Source: an uncultured Actinomycetota bacterium (GTDB taxonomy: Bacteria; Actinomycetota; Actinomycetes; CAVWCF01). From it: a stretch of 64,000 nt of DNA. Each line of letters opens with the position of its first letter. Positions within the stretch are counted from its first letter, which is position 1. This document shows, one piece after another, positions 1-9,621 of the stretch. Both the position numbers and the translations under genes were made by a program. The notes under the pieces are model-generated. The model did no database searches and was not told the DNA's origin. It saw only the letters and a program-made list of their open reading frames with translations. The stretch lies in assembly GCA_963753435.1 (NCBI GenBank), contig CAVWCF010000005.1, positions 153,373 to 217,372 of the forward strand, in the 5' to 3' direction.

Positions 1-1
1 T

Positions 2-160
2 CCGGCGGGTGCGGGGTCGGTCTTCGTGTGGTCGGAGGATCTGGAGATCCCGATGGGGGCGATCGGTCGAGCCGGCTGGCCGCTGGTGCGCCCCGCGTTT
101 GCCGCGGCCGTGCAGTCGTCGCTGCGCAAGATGGCGGTCATCGCCGAGTCCCGTGTCTGA
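2..160 (+). CDS. 3' end of a probable SRPBCC (polyketide cyclase/START-like) family protein, truncated by the window edge
   Basis: Frame 2 is open from the window start: PAGAGSVFVWSEDLEIPMGAIGRAGWPLVRPAFAAAVQSSLRKMAVIAESRV*. The stop at 158-160 overlaps the GTG of tag, and the C-terminal strand-plus-helix pattern is SRPBCC-like. Confidence 0.55.
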   Translation, partial: PAGAGSVFVWSEDLEIPMGAIGRAGWPLVRPAFAAAVQSSLRKMAVIAESRV

Positions 161-737
161 CCTGGACATCGGCGCGGACGGTCGGTCCCGCTGCTCCTGG
201 GCCGGGTCAGCCCCCGAGTACGTCGAATACCACGACCGCGAGTGGGGTCGGCCTGTCCACGGCGACGAGGCTCTCTTTGAGCGACTCACGCTGGAGGCGT
301 TTCAGTCGGGACTGTCCTGGCTCACGATCCTGCGCAAGCGGGAGTCCTTTCGGGCGGCATTCGCCGGGTTCGAGATCGACGCCGTTGCCGCGTTCACGGA
401 CGCGGACCGCGACCGACTGCTGGCCGACCCGGGGATCGTGCGCAACACCGCCAAGGTCAACGCCGCCATCGCCAACGCCAGGGCGGCTGCCGCGCTGCTA
501 GACACCGACGGCGTCGGTGCGCTGGATGCGCTCGTCTGGTCGTTTCAGCCCAGTGCTGGCCCCGCGCCACGGCGGTTGGCCGACCTCCCAGCAGCGGTGC
601 CGGAATCGGCCGCGCTCGCGAAGGAGTTGAAGCGGCGTGGGTTCGTGTTCGTCGGACCGACGACCATGTACGCGTTGATGCAGGCGGTCGGCATGGTCAA
701 CGACCACCTCGAGGGCTGCTACTGCCGAGCCGGCTGA
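153..737 (+). CDS. tag: DNA-3-methyladenine glycosylase I
   Basis: RCSW...YHDREWGRP, LFERLTLEAFQSGLSW, IVRN, FVGPTT, NDHLEGC motifs. GTG at 153 is chosen over the track start at 9. Confidence 0.95.
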   Translation: MSDLDIGADGRSRCSWAGSAPEYVEYHDREWGRPVHGDEALFERLTLEAFQSGLSWLTILRKRESFRAAFAGFEIDAVAAFTDADRDRLLADPGIVRNTAKVNAAIANARAAAALLDTDGVGALDALVWSFQPSAGPAPRRLADLPAAVPESAALAKELKRRGFVFVGPTTMYALMQAVGMVNDHLEGCYCRAG

Positions 738-745
738 CGGGGTCA

Positions 746-782
746 GCCCCGGGTCAGGAGTGACCGCCCCGGGTCAGGAGTG
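746..782. repeat. 17-bp direct repeat GCCCCGGGTCAGGAGTG x2 (period 20)
   Basis: Copies at 746-762 and 766-782. The second copy contains the stop codon of the minus-strand MetE-like gene. Confidence 0.85.
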
Positions 783-1871
783 CCGTGCGCGCAAGGTCGC
801 CGCAGCGGCTTCCATCGCGGTGATCTTGCCCAGCGCGGTCTCGCGGGGCAGGAACCACATGCCGCAGTCAGGGGCCAGGGCCAGTCGCCGCACGCCCAGA
901 ACCTCCAGCGCCGGTTCGGCGATGCGGAGTACGTCCGCCTCCGTCTCGACCGCGGCTTCGGTGTCGAGGTTCAGGACCCCCACGGCAACGCGCTTGTCCC
1001 CGGCTCGCTGCAGCAGGTCCGCGGAGTGGCCCGGCTGGGCGAATTCCAGCGAGATCTCATCGGCGGCCGTGCCCGCCAACAACTCCAGGGCGTCCCCGTA
1101 CACGGGGGTGCTGCGCTTCTCGGCGATGTTGCGCGAGTACCCGTAGCACATGTGCACCGCCGTCTCGCATTCCACGCCCGCCAGCGCCCGGTCGATGGCC
1201 TCGACGGCGAAGTCGGCAACTTGGCTGTACCGGAAGTGCACCTCCGGCTCGTCCAGCTGCACGACCGCAACCCCGGCCGCGGCGAGTGCACGCAACTCGG
1301 CGTTGATGGCGTCGGCGACCGCGAACGCCAACTCGGCACGGGACCCGTAGTGCTCGTCGACCAGCCGCAGCGACAGGGTGACCGGACCGATGGCGGTCAC
1401 CTTTGCCGGCCGGTTGGTGTGGCTGAGGAGGAAGTCGGTCGCTTCACCGAGCAGCGGCCCAGGCCACGTGATTGGCCCGGTCACCCGGGGCTGGGTGAAC
1501 TTCGGCGGCGGCGCCGGCTTTCCCTCAGCATCCGACGTCACCGCCCGCTGCTTCATCTTCAGGTAGCCGGTGACGTCGCTGCTGAAGTCGGTCACCTCGC
1601 CGGGGTGAGCAACATCGATGCCGCCGAGTGCGTAGAAGTACCCGGAGAAGGACTGTCGGCGCTGTTCACCGTCGGTGACGCGGGTGAGCCCGGCCCGCTC
1701 CTGGTCGTAGACCGCCAGGCGTACCGCGTCGTCGAGAGCCTCCGGCAGGCGTTCGGCGGGCAGGCGCCACCACGAGCCCTCCGGGCCGTAGGCGAGGTCG
1801 TGGTCGGCCAACCATTGCGGCTTGCACCAGGAGCCAACGAGTTGCGTGGGGATCAGGTCGGGACCGGACAT
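774..1871 (-). CDS. Cobalamin-independent methionine synthase II family protein (catalytic-domain-only, Meth_synt_2)
   Basis: LVGSW, TDGEQRR, QLDEP, Zn ligands HMC ... E ... APDCG. ATG 1871 is preceded by a TAGGGT -10 box. Confidence 0.85.
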   Translation of the reverse strand: MSGPDLIPTQLVGSWCKPQWLADHDLAYGPEGSWWRLPAERLPEALDDAVRLAVYDQERAGLTRVTDGEQRRQSFSGYFYALGGIDVAHPGEVTDFSSDVTGYLKMKQRAVTSDAEGKPAPPPKFTQPRVTGPITWPGPLLGEATDFLLSHTNRPAKVTAIGPVTLSLRLVDEHYGSRAELAFAVADAINAELRALAAAGVAVVQLDEPEVHFRYSQVADFAVEAIDRALAGVECETAVHMCYGYSRNIAEKRSTPVYGDALELLAGTAADEISLEFAQPGHSADLLQRAGDKRVAVGVLNLDTEAAVETEADVLRIAEPALEVLGVRRLALAPDCGMWFLPRETALGKITAMEAAAATLRARHS

Positions 1872-2004
1872 GGGCGGTGACCCTAGCGGCGAACCGGGTG
1901 CCGAATGCGGCCGCACCCGCCCGCGTCGCATCCGGGGTGCGCGATCAGGGATAATGGTTGTCCGCGCTCGCTCCGGCGACGCTGACGCACCGAAAGGGGA
2001 CAGC

Positions 2005-2172
2005 ATGGCCGCCATGAAGCCTCGCACCGGGGACGGTCCGATGGAGGTCGCTAAGGAGGGGCGTGGCATCGTCATGCGCGTCCCGCTGGAGGGCGGCGGG
2101 CGCCTGGTCGTCGAGCTCAACGCCGCTGAGTGCACCGAGTTGAGCGAGTTGTTGGCGGCAGCCGTCAACTGA
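2005..2172 (+). CDS. DUF3117 domain small protein (55 aa)
   Basis: MAAMKPRTGDGPMEVAKEGRGIVMRVPLEGGGRLVVEL, a highly conserved actinobacterial sequence. RBS-like AAAGGGG upstream. Confidence 0.92.
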   Translation: MAAMKPRTGDGPMEVAKEGRGIVMRVPLEGGGRLVVELNAAECTELSELLAAAVN

Positions 2173-2184
2173 ACCGCTGACTGC

Positions 2185-2209
2185 AGGGGTGCCCGTGTCG
2201 GGCACCCCT
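2185..2209. terminator. Hairpin between convergent genes (putative terminator)
   Basis: AGGGGTGCCCG-TGT-CGGGCACCCCT, a perfect 11-bp stem just after the DUF3117 stop. Confidence 0.7.
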
Positions 2210-2248
2210 TAGTCGTGTCCTGTCTCGGTTAACCGGCTCGTGGGCGGT

Positions 2249-2872
2249 TCAGCGCAACCGCGACACCAAGAGACCGGCACCAACTGGCAACAAGGTCGAG
2301 TCGAAGCGTTCGTCAACGAGCAGATCGCGAACCAACTCCCGCACCGCGACAGTGTCGGCGTCGCGTTGCGCCGGATCGGGGACCCGGTCGTGCCAAAGCG
2401 CATCGTGGGTGATCAACAGGCCCCCGGGCTTGAGCAGCCGAACCGATTCGGAGACGTAGTCGGCCATCGCCCGCGGATCCCGATTCAACAGAACCAACTC
2501 GTAGCCGGACGCCGTGAGGCGCGGTAGCACCTCGGTTGGCCGACCGGGGATCAGGCGGGCGCGACGATGCGTGATGCCGGCTCGGTCGAAGGCCGCGCGC
2601 GCGACTCGGTGATGCTCGGCCTCCGGGTCGATGCTGGTCACGACGCCGTCCTCCCGCATCCCGGAAAGCAGCCAGAGGGCGGCCATGCCGGAACCAGTGC
2701 CCACCTCCACGACGTTTCGGGCATCCACGAGGAGGGCGAATAGGCGCAGGGCCGCCCCCACCGAGGCGGACACGACGGGGAGGCCACTCTCCACCGCATC
2801 CGCTCGAGCGGCCGCGATTGCTTCGTTCTCCGGGATCGACTCGTCAGCGAATCCGCGCACGTCTGTGATCAC
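2249..2872 (-). CDS. O-methyltransferase (Methyltransf_3 family)
   Basis: VEVGTGSG SAM-binding motif, TSIDPE, LKPGG. Conserved position upstream of htrA. Confidence 0.9.
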   Translation of the reverse strand: MITDVRGFADESIPENEAIAAARADAVESGLPVVSASVGAALRLFALLVDARNVVEVGTGSGMAALWLLSGMREDGVVTSIDPEAEHHRVARAAFDRAGITHRRARLIPGRPTEVLPRLTASGYELVLLNRDPRAMADYVSESVRLLKPGGLLITHDALWHDRVPDPAQRDADTVAVRELVRDLLVDERFDSTLLPVGAGLLVSRLR

Positions 2873-2991
2873 CCGCGCAGCGTAATCGGGAAGGGTTAGG
2901 TGTTTGTGCGGGTTGTGTTCGGAAGCGGCCTCAGCAGATTCGCGATCGCCACAGTCATGGGAGCATTGGGTTCGTTGCAGAGAGGTGACCG

Positions 2992-4545
2992 ATGAACGAC
3001 GAACGAGCTGAGCCGCAGGTTCCGATCGGGTCCGCTGCGGGCCTGGGGGTTGACGTACCGGCCGACGAAACGGCTGCGGTGGCTGAGCCGACCGCAGACG
3101 TGGCCGCTGGCGATGCCCCTAGCGAGGACGTGCCCGCACCGGCGGCGGCGCCCGCCGAGGAACCGCGCCCGAGCTATCCGCAGCCGCCCGTAAGCGGCTA
3201 CGGCTACACGGGTGCGTATGCGACTTCAGACGTAGACGGTGGCCTGGCCGCTGACGTCTACGGCCGCCCCGCTGTCAACGACGGCTACGCGTCGGGCGGC
3301 GGATACGGCCCCGCCGCGGGTTCAGGCGGCGACACCGCCGTTTACGGATCCGCGAGCGACACCTCCGTTTACGGAGCCCCCGGTTTCGCGCCACCCACCC
3401 CGCCCGGCACCTACGGCAACTACGGCGGTGCATTCGGCCCGCCGCCGGCGACCCCGGCCACCACGGCGACGCCATGGGGACGCGTGATCGGCGTCTCCTT
3501 GATTGTCGCGCTCCTCGCGGGCTTGCTCGGTGGTGTCGGCGGATACCTGTTCGCGCGGGCCGCCGACGACGCGACAGTCACTAACTCCGGTATTGACCTC
3601 GGTTCGCCCACCTCGGGAGTGACCACGCGACCGCCGGAGTCCGTCGCCGGCATCGCCGCGGCTGTTTCCCCCAGCGTGGTTTCCATCGAGGTGTCCAGCT
3701 CCAGCGGTGGTAGCACCGGTTCCGGATTCGTCATCGACTCCAGCGGATACCTGCTGACAAACAACCACGTGGTCGCCTCTGCGGCCAGCGGCGGCAGCAT
3801 CGAAGTGTCCTTCGCCGACGGCACGCAGGAGTCCGCCGAGATTGTTGGCCGCTCGGCCTCCTACGACCTGGCGGTGCTCAAGGTGGACCGGGACGGGCTT
3901 CCCGAGGCGACTCTGGGCGACTCCGATGCCGTTGTGGTCGGTGACCCGGTGGTGGCCATCGGATCCCCGCTCGGCCTGGAAGGCACCGTCACGTCCGGAA
4001 TCATCAGCGCGAAGGACCGACCCGTTACCGCGGGTGGCGGAGACGGTACGGATCGATCATTCATCTCGGCGCTGCAGACGGACGCTGCCATCAACCCCGG
4101 TAACTCCGGCGGGCCACTGGTCGACTCCGCTGCAGCCGTCGTGGGTATCAACTCCGCCATCGCCACGCTCGGCGGGTCCGGCAGCACCGCAAGTGGGTCG
4201 ATCGGTCTGGGATTCTCGATCCCGATTAACCAGGCACGCCGAGTGGCGGAGGACTTGATCCGCACCGGCACCGCTTCCTTCCCGGTCATCGGGGCCACAG
4301 TGGACGGGGCCTACCAAGGCAACGGTGCCCGGGTTAGCGAAGTCACCGCCGGTGGACCCGCGGCCAGCGCCGGTCTGCGCGCCGGCGACGTGATCGTCGC
4401 GGCCGACGGACAGGCGATCAACGGCTCGGACGATCTGATCGTCTACATCCGATCGCAGAACCCGGGTGATGTGGTGACTTTCGACGTTCAGCGCGGCGGG
4501 CAGACGCAAGAGATCCCGGTGACTTTGGGTTCCGCAGAAGGCTGA
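2992..4545 (+). CDS. htrA: HtrA-like membrane-anchored trypsin serine protease with PDZ domain
   Basis: Disordered N-terminus, TM helix, TNNHV, DLAV, TDAAINPGNSGG catalytic motifs, C-terminal PDZ. Confidence 0.92.
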   Translation: MNDERAEPQVPIGSAAGLGVDVPADETAAVAEPTADVAAGDAPSEDVPAPAAAPAEEPRPSYPQPPVSGYGYTGAYATSDVDGGLAADVYGRPAVNDGYASGGGYGPAAGSGGDTAVYGSASDTSVYGAPGFAPPTPPGTYGNYGGAFGPPPATPATTATPWGRVIGVSLIVALLAGLLGGVGGYLFARAADDATVTNSGIDLGSPTSGVTTRPPESVAGIAAAVSPSVVSIEVSSSSGGSTGSGFVIDSSGYLLTNNHVVASAASGGSIEVSFADGTQESAEIVGRSASYDLAVLKVDRDGLPEATLGDSDAVVVGDPVVAIGSPLGLEGTVTSGIISAKDRPVTAGGGDGTDRSFISALQTDAAINPGNSGGPLVDSAAAVVGINSAIATLGGSGSTASGSIGLGFSIPINQARRVAEDLIRTGTASFPVIGATVDGAYQGNGARVSEVTAGGPAASAGLRAGDVIVAADGQAINGSDDLIVYIRSQNPGDVVTFDVQRGGQTQEIPVTLGSAEG

Positions 4546-4611
4546 GCCACGACTACGGTGGTTTTCATCGTGTTGCCACCGCCGCCAAGTCGTAGGGAAT
4601 GAGGGAGCCGC

Positions 4612-4908
4612 ATGTTCGACGTCGGGCTCGGCGAGTTGCTCGCCCTCGGCGTGGTGGCTCTTCTCGTCTTCGGCCCCGACCGGCTGCCGGCGATCGCCGC
4701 TGATGCCGGCAAGTGGCTGCGTGAGTTGCGCGGAATGTCCACCCGAGCCCGCAAGGAGTTGTCCGATGCGGTCGGCCCGGATGTGGCCGACCTCGCCCTC
4801 AACCCGCGCGACTCGGTTACGCGAATCCTGAACCCGATCACCGAAGAGGCCACCGACGCCAAGCGCACGGTCAAGGACGCGGCCCGCTTCGACGAGGACG
4901 CGACCTGA
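4612..4908 (+). CDS. tatB: Sec-independent translocase subunit TatB
   Basis: MFDVGLGELL...FGPDRLP and C-terminal FDEDAT. Follows htrA as in other actinobacteria. Confidence 0.9.
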   Translation: MFDVGLGELLALGVVALLVFGPDRLPAIAADAGKWLRELRGMSTRARKELSDAVGPDVADLALNPRDSVTRILNPITEEATDAKRTVKDAARFDEDAT

Positions 4909-4963
4909 TCAGGGATCTGGACTGCCCGGTCGAAGTTCTGACCCGCGGGACCGACCCGAGTCG

Positions 4964-6094
4964 TCAGCGGCCGGCGGGAGACAACCCGAGCGAGCGCCCG
5001 GCCAGGCCGCGTTCCCGGCGACCAAGACGCACGGCGACCGCCTGTAGGGCCTGAGCGGCAGGAGCCTCGGGGTCGGCCAGCACCAGCGGGACGCCGTCAT
5101 CGCCGCCTTCGCGGACACGTGGATCCAGCGGCACCTGGGTCAGCAGGGGCACCGGTGCGCCCATGGTGGTGCTCAGTGCCTCGGCCACCCGTTGCCCGCC
5201 GCCGGAACCGAACAACTCCACCGGCTCACCGCAGTGCGGGCAGGCGAATGCCGACATGTTCTCGATGACGCCGGCAATGCGCTGATGGGTCTGCAACGCG
5301 ATGCTGCCGGCACGCTCGGCCACCTCGGCCGCCGCCGCTTGCGGAGTCGTGACCACCAGGATCTCTGCGCTCGGTATCAATTGCGCCACCGAAATCGCTA
5401 TGTCTCCGGTGCCTGGCGGCAGGTCGAGCAGCAGGACGTCCAAATCCCCCCACCACACGTCGGCCAGGAACTGCTGCAGCGCACGGTGCAGCATCGGTCC
5501 GCGCCAAACGACCGGCTGGTTGCCGGGCGTGAACATGCCGATCGAGATCACCCGGACGCCGTGTGCGGTCGGCGGCATGATCATGTCCTCGACCTGCGTC
5601 GGGCGACCCTGCACCCCCAGCATCCGCGGCACCGAATGGCCGTAGATGTCCGCATCCACGACCCCGACGTTCAGTCCATCGGCTGCCATGGCCGCCGCCA
5701 GGTTGACGGTCACCGATGACTTGCCGACGCCGCCCTTGCCGCTGGCGACTGCGAACACCCGAGTGAGGGACTGCGGCTGGGCGAACGGGATCTCCCGCTC
5801 CGGTGCCCCGCCGCGCAACTGCTTGGCCATGTCTTGACGTTGCTGGTCGGTCATCACGCCCAGGTCGACGCCTACCTCTTCGACACCATCCACTGCCTGC
5901 ACGGCGTCGGTTACGTCGGTGACGATCTTGTCCCGCAGGGGGCACGCCGCCACCGTCAGCAGCACCCGGACGTCGACGCGCGATTCGGTGATCGTCACGT
6001 CCTCGACCATGCCCAGTTCGGTGATGGGCCGGCGGATCTCCGGGTCGAGTACCTGGCTCAGCGCTGCGTCAATCTGCTCACGGGTGGGGGCCAT
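4964..6094 (-). CDS. mrp: Mrp/NBP35 family Fe-S carrier ATPase
   Basis: N-terminal DUF59 (DPE...ACP), ASGKGGVGKS, WRGPM, DLPPGTGD, ENMS, CPHC. Confidence 0.95.
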   Translation of the reverse strand: MAPTREQIDAALSQVLDPEIRRPITELGMVEDVTITESRVDVRVLLTVAACPLRDKIVTDVTDAVQAVDGVEEVGVDLGVMTDQQRQDMAKQLRGGAPEREIPFAQPQSLTRVFAVASGKGGVGKSSVTVNLAAAMAADGLNVGVVDADIYGHSVPRMLGVQGRPTQVEDMIMPPTAHGVRVISIGMFTPGNQPVVWRGPMLHRALQQFLADVWWGDLDVLLLDLPPGTGDIAISVAQLIPSAEILVVTTPQAAAAEVAERAGSIALQTHQRIAGVIENMSAFACPHCGEPVELFGSGGGQRVAEALSTTMGAPVPLLTQVPLDPRVREGGDDGVPLVLADPEAPAAQALQAVAVRLGRRERGLAGRSLGLSPAGR

Positions 6095-6136
6095 GAACGG
6101 CAGGCTACGTCAGCGCTGCAGCCGCGGCGCTGCGGA

Positions 6137-6721
6137 TCAAAGCTGCGGGTCCGGCTCCTGGCTCTGGAGGTCCTGCAGTGCCTCCTCGGCGGCCCGGCGC
6201 CGCTTGCGCTCCTTCTTCGCCCGACGCTCCGCTGCTGTTCGGCCGGCGTCGAGCTCGTCGAGCAGGTCACCGATCTCGCCCCGGATGAAGTCGCGCGTCG
6301 CTACCTCGCCGATACCGGCGCGCAACGCGGCGAGCTCTCGAGCCAAGTACTCGGAGTCGGCGACGAGGCGCTCGCCCCGGTCCCGATCAGCTTGGTACTG
6401 AACGCGGTCGCGGTCCGTCTGCCGGTTCTGGGCCAACAGGATGAGGGGTGCCGCATACGACGCCTGAATGCTCAGCACCAGGGTCAGGAAGATGAATGGG
6501 TAGTCGTCGAAGCGCAGATCAGTCGGCCCGAAGGCGTTCCACGTCAGCCAAATGAGGATGAACGCGGTCATGTAGCCGATGAACCGCCACGAGCCGAGGA
6601 ACCGCGCGATCGCCTCGCTCAGGCGACCCGCTGCCTCCTGGTCCACACTCGGCACCGAGATGCCGCGCCGGCTGTCGGAGGGGACGTCAAGACGCGGGCC
6701 GCGGTCACGATCGCGTGCCAT
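6137..6721 (-). CDS. DUF1003 membrane protein
   Basis: FDDYPFIFLTLVLSIQASYAAPLILLAQNRQ signature. Confidence 0.92.
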   Translation of the reverse strand: MARDRDRGPRLDVPSDSRRGISVPSVDQEAAGRLSEAIARFLGSWRFIGYMTAFILIWLTWNAFGPTDLRFDDYPFIFLTLVLSIQASYAAPLILLAQNRQTDRDRVQYQADRDRGERLVADSEYLARELAALRAGIGEVATRDFIRGEIGDLLDELDAGRTAAERRAKKERKRRRAAEEALQDLQSQEPDPQL

Positions 6722-6748
6722 GTCTGCTCCTCTCCTGTCCTCGATCGA

Positions 6749-7996
6749 CTACGCGGTTGCGCCGTCGACGGGTCGTTCGCGCCAGTCCTCCGGCAGCATG
6801 TGGTCGATCACGTCATCCACGGTTACCGCACCGAGCAGGTGGTTGTGCTCGTCGACCACCGGTGCGGCGGCCAGGTTGTAGGTGGCGAAGTAGCGCGTGA
6901 CCTCCGACAGCGTCGCCTCCGGGCCGATGGGCTCCAACCGCTCATCCAGGACGCCGCTGACCAGTGTCGCGGGCGGTTCGCGCAGAAGGCGCTGGAAGTG
7001 CGCGGCCCCCAGGTAGCGGCCGGTCGGCGTCTCTGTCGGCGGCCGGCAGATGTACACCTGCGAGGCCAGCGACGGCGTGATGTCGATGTTGCGGATGTGG
7101 GCCAAGGCATCGGCGACGGTGCCGTCCGGGCCCAACACGATTGGCTCGCTGGTCATCATGCCGCCGGCCGTTGCGTCGTCGTAGACGAGGAGTCGCTGTA
7201 CATCGGCTGCTTCTTCCGGCTGCATCAGCGACAGGAAGTGCGCTGCAGATTCCGGCTGCAGGTCGCCGAGCAGGTCCGCGGCGTCATCGGGATCCATCGC
7301 CTCCAGCACGTCCGCGGCCCGGTCCTCGTTGAGGGCTTGCAGGATGGAGACCCGGTCGTCGTCGGGGAGTTCCTGCAGAACGTCGGCCAGGCGCTCGTCA
7401 TCCAGCCCTTGGGCCAGCACCGCACGCCGATTCGGGCTCAACTGATGAAGTGCCGTTGCCACGTCCGCCGGCTTGAGCGTTGCATAGGAGGCAAGCAGGC
7501 TCTCGGTGTCAGCGGCTGCCTCGTTGAGGGTCATGCCGTCGATCGTGCCGATTTCCAGATCCACTGCCTCCCCGCGCCTGAGGCCCCGGCCGCCGCGGCG
7601 GACGTGCACCATGGACAAGTCCCAGTCCTTGGTCCGCGTTCGATCCATGGCGACGTCAACCGCCGTCCCAACCGGCATGCCGTCGCTGCGCACCGGGCGG
7701 TTGAGGATCTGCTCGGCGACGAGTCGCTCCGTCGGGCGTATCTGGAACCGGCGCAGGTTCACAGTGCCGGTGGAGACCACGTGGCGGGCGTCAAAGTCGG
7801 TCACGCGGCTCATCGGCAAGAAGATTCGGCGCTTGCCGGGCACCTCGACGACGAAACCCAGCACGCGCGGCGGCAGCCGACGAGCACGCATGGAGATGAC
7901 GACGTCGCGGACGCGCCCAAGGGGATCGCCGTTGGGTTCGAAAACCTCCACGCCGATCAGGCGGCGCAGGAAAACACGATTCGGGCCGCCGGTCAT
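6749..7996 (-). CDS. MgtE N-terminal/CBS/PRC-barrel domain protein
   Basis: PRC-like N-terminus, MgtE_N repeats (DDAADLL), TAGGMMT, CBS pair (GAVTVDDV). Confidence 0.9.
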   Translation of the reverse strand: MTGGPNRVFLRRLIGVEVFEPNGDPLGRVRDVVISMRARRLPPRVLGFVVEVPGKRRIFLPMSRVTDFDARHVVSTGTVNLRRFQIRPTERLVAEQILNRPVRSDGMPVGTAVDVAMDRTRTKDWDLSMVHVRRGGRGLRRGEAVDLEIGTIDGMTLNEAAADTESLLASYATLKPADVATALHQLSPNRRAVLAQGLDDERLADVLQELPDDDRVSILQALNEDRAADVLEAMDPDDAADLLGDLQPESAAHFLSLMQPEEAADVQRLLVYDDATAGGMMTSEPIVLGPDGTVADALAHIRNIDITPSLASQVYICRPPTETPTGRYLGAAHFQRLLREPPATLVSGVLDERLEPIGPEATLSEVTRYFATYNLAAAPVVDEHNHLLGAVTVDDVIDHMLPEDWRERPVDGATA

Positions 7997-8072
7997 GGGC
8001 AGGAGCGTAGCGAGACGTTGCTCGGTACCCGGCGCACGAAAGGGGTCCGGAGCGAGATGTCCCGGATGCGGC

Positions 8073-8591
8073 TCAGGTCAGCGGTGGGGTCCGCCGTGGC
8101 CGTCGATGCACTGTGAATGGGGGTACCGGTGCCGTAGCGGCGTTCGTCGGCGCCGGGACGGCGGCGTGCGCGACCGGCTCGAAGGACCCCGGCAGCTCCA
8201 GCGCCTCTAGCGGTTCCAGCCGAAAGACCTCGCTGGACTGCCGCCACTGGTCTGTCGAGTCCGGCGTACCCGCGTTGAGTCGGGCCGCCGCCAGCGCCGC
8301 GGCCGCATCCTCGTAGCGGGCGTCCGCCGGCGGGAGGAGTTGCACGGCTGCACGTACTCGCACGATTCGGGATGAGTTGTCCTTGCTGCGGACGGTTACT
8401 TCGACGGCTTCCAGGTCGGCCAGCCCCGGCAGCGGCTGCTCGATACCGCCGCCGACAACGTGCAATGCCCCGTCGTGCCACACGTGCCAGACCGCCCGCG
8501 GGGTGCTGAGCAACGGCAACGTCAGCCAACACATCCCGGACTTGCCCGCGGCCTCAGCCAGCAGGGCCTGCTCGACAGTCGACAAACTCAC
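8073..8591 (-). CDS. Conserved actinobacterial hypothetical protein (possible split-barrel/PNPOx-like fold)
   Basis: EAAGKSGMCW...RAVWHVWHDG...EQPLPG...VRSKD pattern. GTG 8591 is chosen to avoid overlap with the divergent EamA gene. Confidence 0.7.
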   Translation of the reverse strand: MSLSTVEQALLAEAAGKSGMCWLTLPLLSTPRAVWHVWHDGALHVVGGGIEQPLPGLADLEAVEVTVRSKDNSSRIVRVRAAVQLLPPADARYEDAAAALAAARLNAGTPDSTDQWRQSSEVFRLEPLEALELPGSFEPVAHAAVPAPTNAATAPVPPFTVHRRPRRTPPLT

Positions 8592-8628
8592 CGGACCACT
8601 CTGGCATGGCAGTGCGAGGCTGTCCCGG

Positions 8629-9567
8629 ATGTCCGGCCAGCCAACGACTCCGACCTCCGGGCTGAGCGCCGTCCCCAGACCCCCTGGCCGTGACCTGATC
8701 CTGATCGCGGTGGGGGTCGTGGCCGTTTCCACGTCCGCGCCCCTGATCGCCGCTACTGCCGCCTCGGGACTGGCGATCGCGTTCTGGCGCAGCGCCCTCG
8801 GCGCACTGTTCACGGCTCCGGTCGTGCTCGTCCGCCGGTGGGCGGAACTGCGGTCAATGAACCGGCGGCTGGTGCTGGTGTCTGCTGCTGCCGGCGCGCT
8901 GCTGGCCGCACACTTCGCTACCTGGGTTCCGTCGCTGACCTACACGTCCGTGGCCTCCTCAACCGCGTTGGTTGCCACACAACCGTTGTGGGCGGCGCTG
9001 ATAGCCCAAGCCCGTGGCCAGCATGTGCCGCGGCGGGCTTGGCTCGGCATGGCTGTGGCTTTCGCTGGTGTGCTGGCCATCACCGGTGTCGACTTCGCGG
9101 TCTCCGCCGAGGCGCTGTTCGGCGACATCTTGGCCCTGGTCGGGGCCGTGTTCGCTGCCGCGTACGTAACCGTCGGTGCTGAAGCGCGGCAGCACCTGAG
9201 TACCGGCAGCTACACGCTCATCTGCTACACCGTCTGCGGACTCGTGCTGCTGCCGGTCGGTCTGGTCGCGGGCGTCCCACTGACCGGGTTCGCCGCGGTC
9301 ACCTGGTGGCAGATTCTTGCGCTGACGCTGGTCGCGCAACTACTGGGGCACACCGTGCTGAACAGCGTCCTGCGAACCACATCGCCGACGGTGCTGAGCC
9401 TGGCGATCCTCTTCGAGATGCCCGGCGCCACGATCATCGCCGCCGTCGCCATCGGGCAGCTTCCCCCGGCCGGCGTCATCCCGGCAGCCGCGCTGTTGCT
9501 GGTCGGGATCGCCCTGGTGGTGTTCGGGCAGGGACGTGATGTGCCCCCCTCGATTCCGGCCGAGTGA
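8629..9567 (+). CDS. DMT/EamA family transporter
   Basis: About 10 hydrophobic helices in two EamA repeats. HFATW...TSVASST, QLLGH motifs. Confidence 0.9.
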   Translation: MSGQPTTPTSGLSAVPRPPGRDLILIAVGVVAVSTSAPLIAATAASGLAIAFWRSALGALFTAPVVLVRRWAELRSMNRRLVLVSAAAGALLAAHFATWVPSLTYTSVASSTALVATQPLWAALIAQARGQHVPRRAWLGMAVAFAGVLAITGVDFAVSAEALFGDILALVGAVFAAAYVTVGAEARQHLSTGSYTLICYTVCGLVLLPVGLVAGVPLTGFAAVTWWQILALTLVAQLLGHTVLNSVLRTTSPTVLSLAILFEMPGATIIAAVAIGQLPPAGVIPAAALLLVGIALVVFGQGRDVPPSIPAE

Positions 9568-9621
9568 CGTCGGGCGGTTAGCCTTCCGGAGCACTGATCG
9601 GTCGATCTCCCGGAGTACCTC

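Noticed and set aside
1872-2004. SAM or cobalamin riboswitch upstream of the MetE-like gene
   Set aside because: The spacer is short, is shared with DUF3117, lacks the conserved cores, and the gene appears leaderless.
5834-8116. 760-aa plus-strand ORF and other long antisense ORFs (e.g. 49393-51423, 35577-36935, 60785-62059)
   Set aside because: Shadow frames of well-supported genes on the opposite strand. Stops are rare in high-GC DNA and these have no recognisable motifs.
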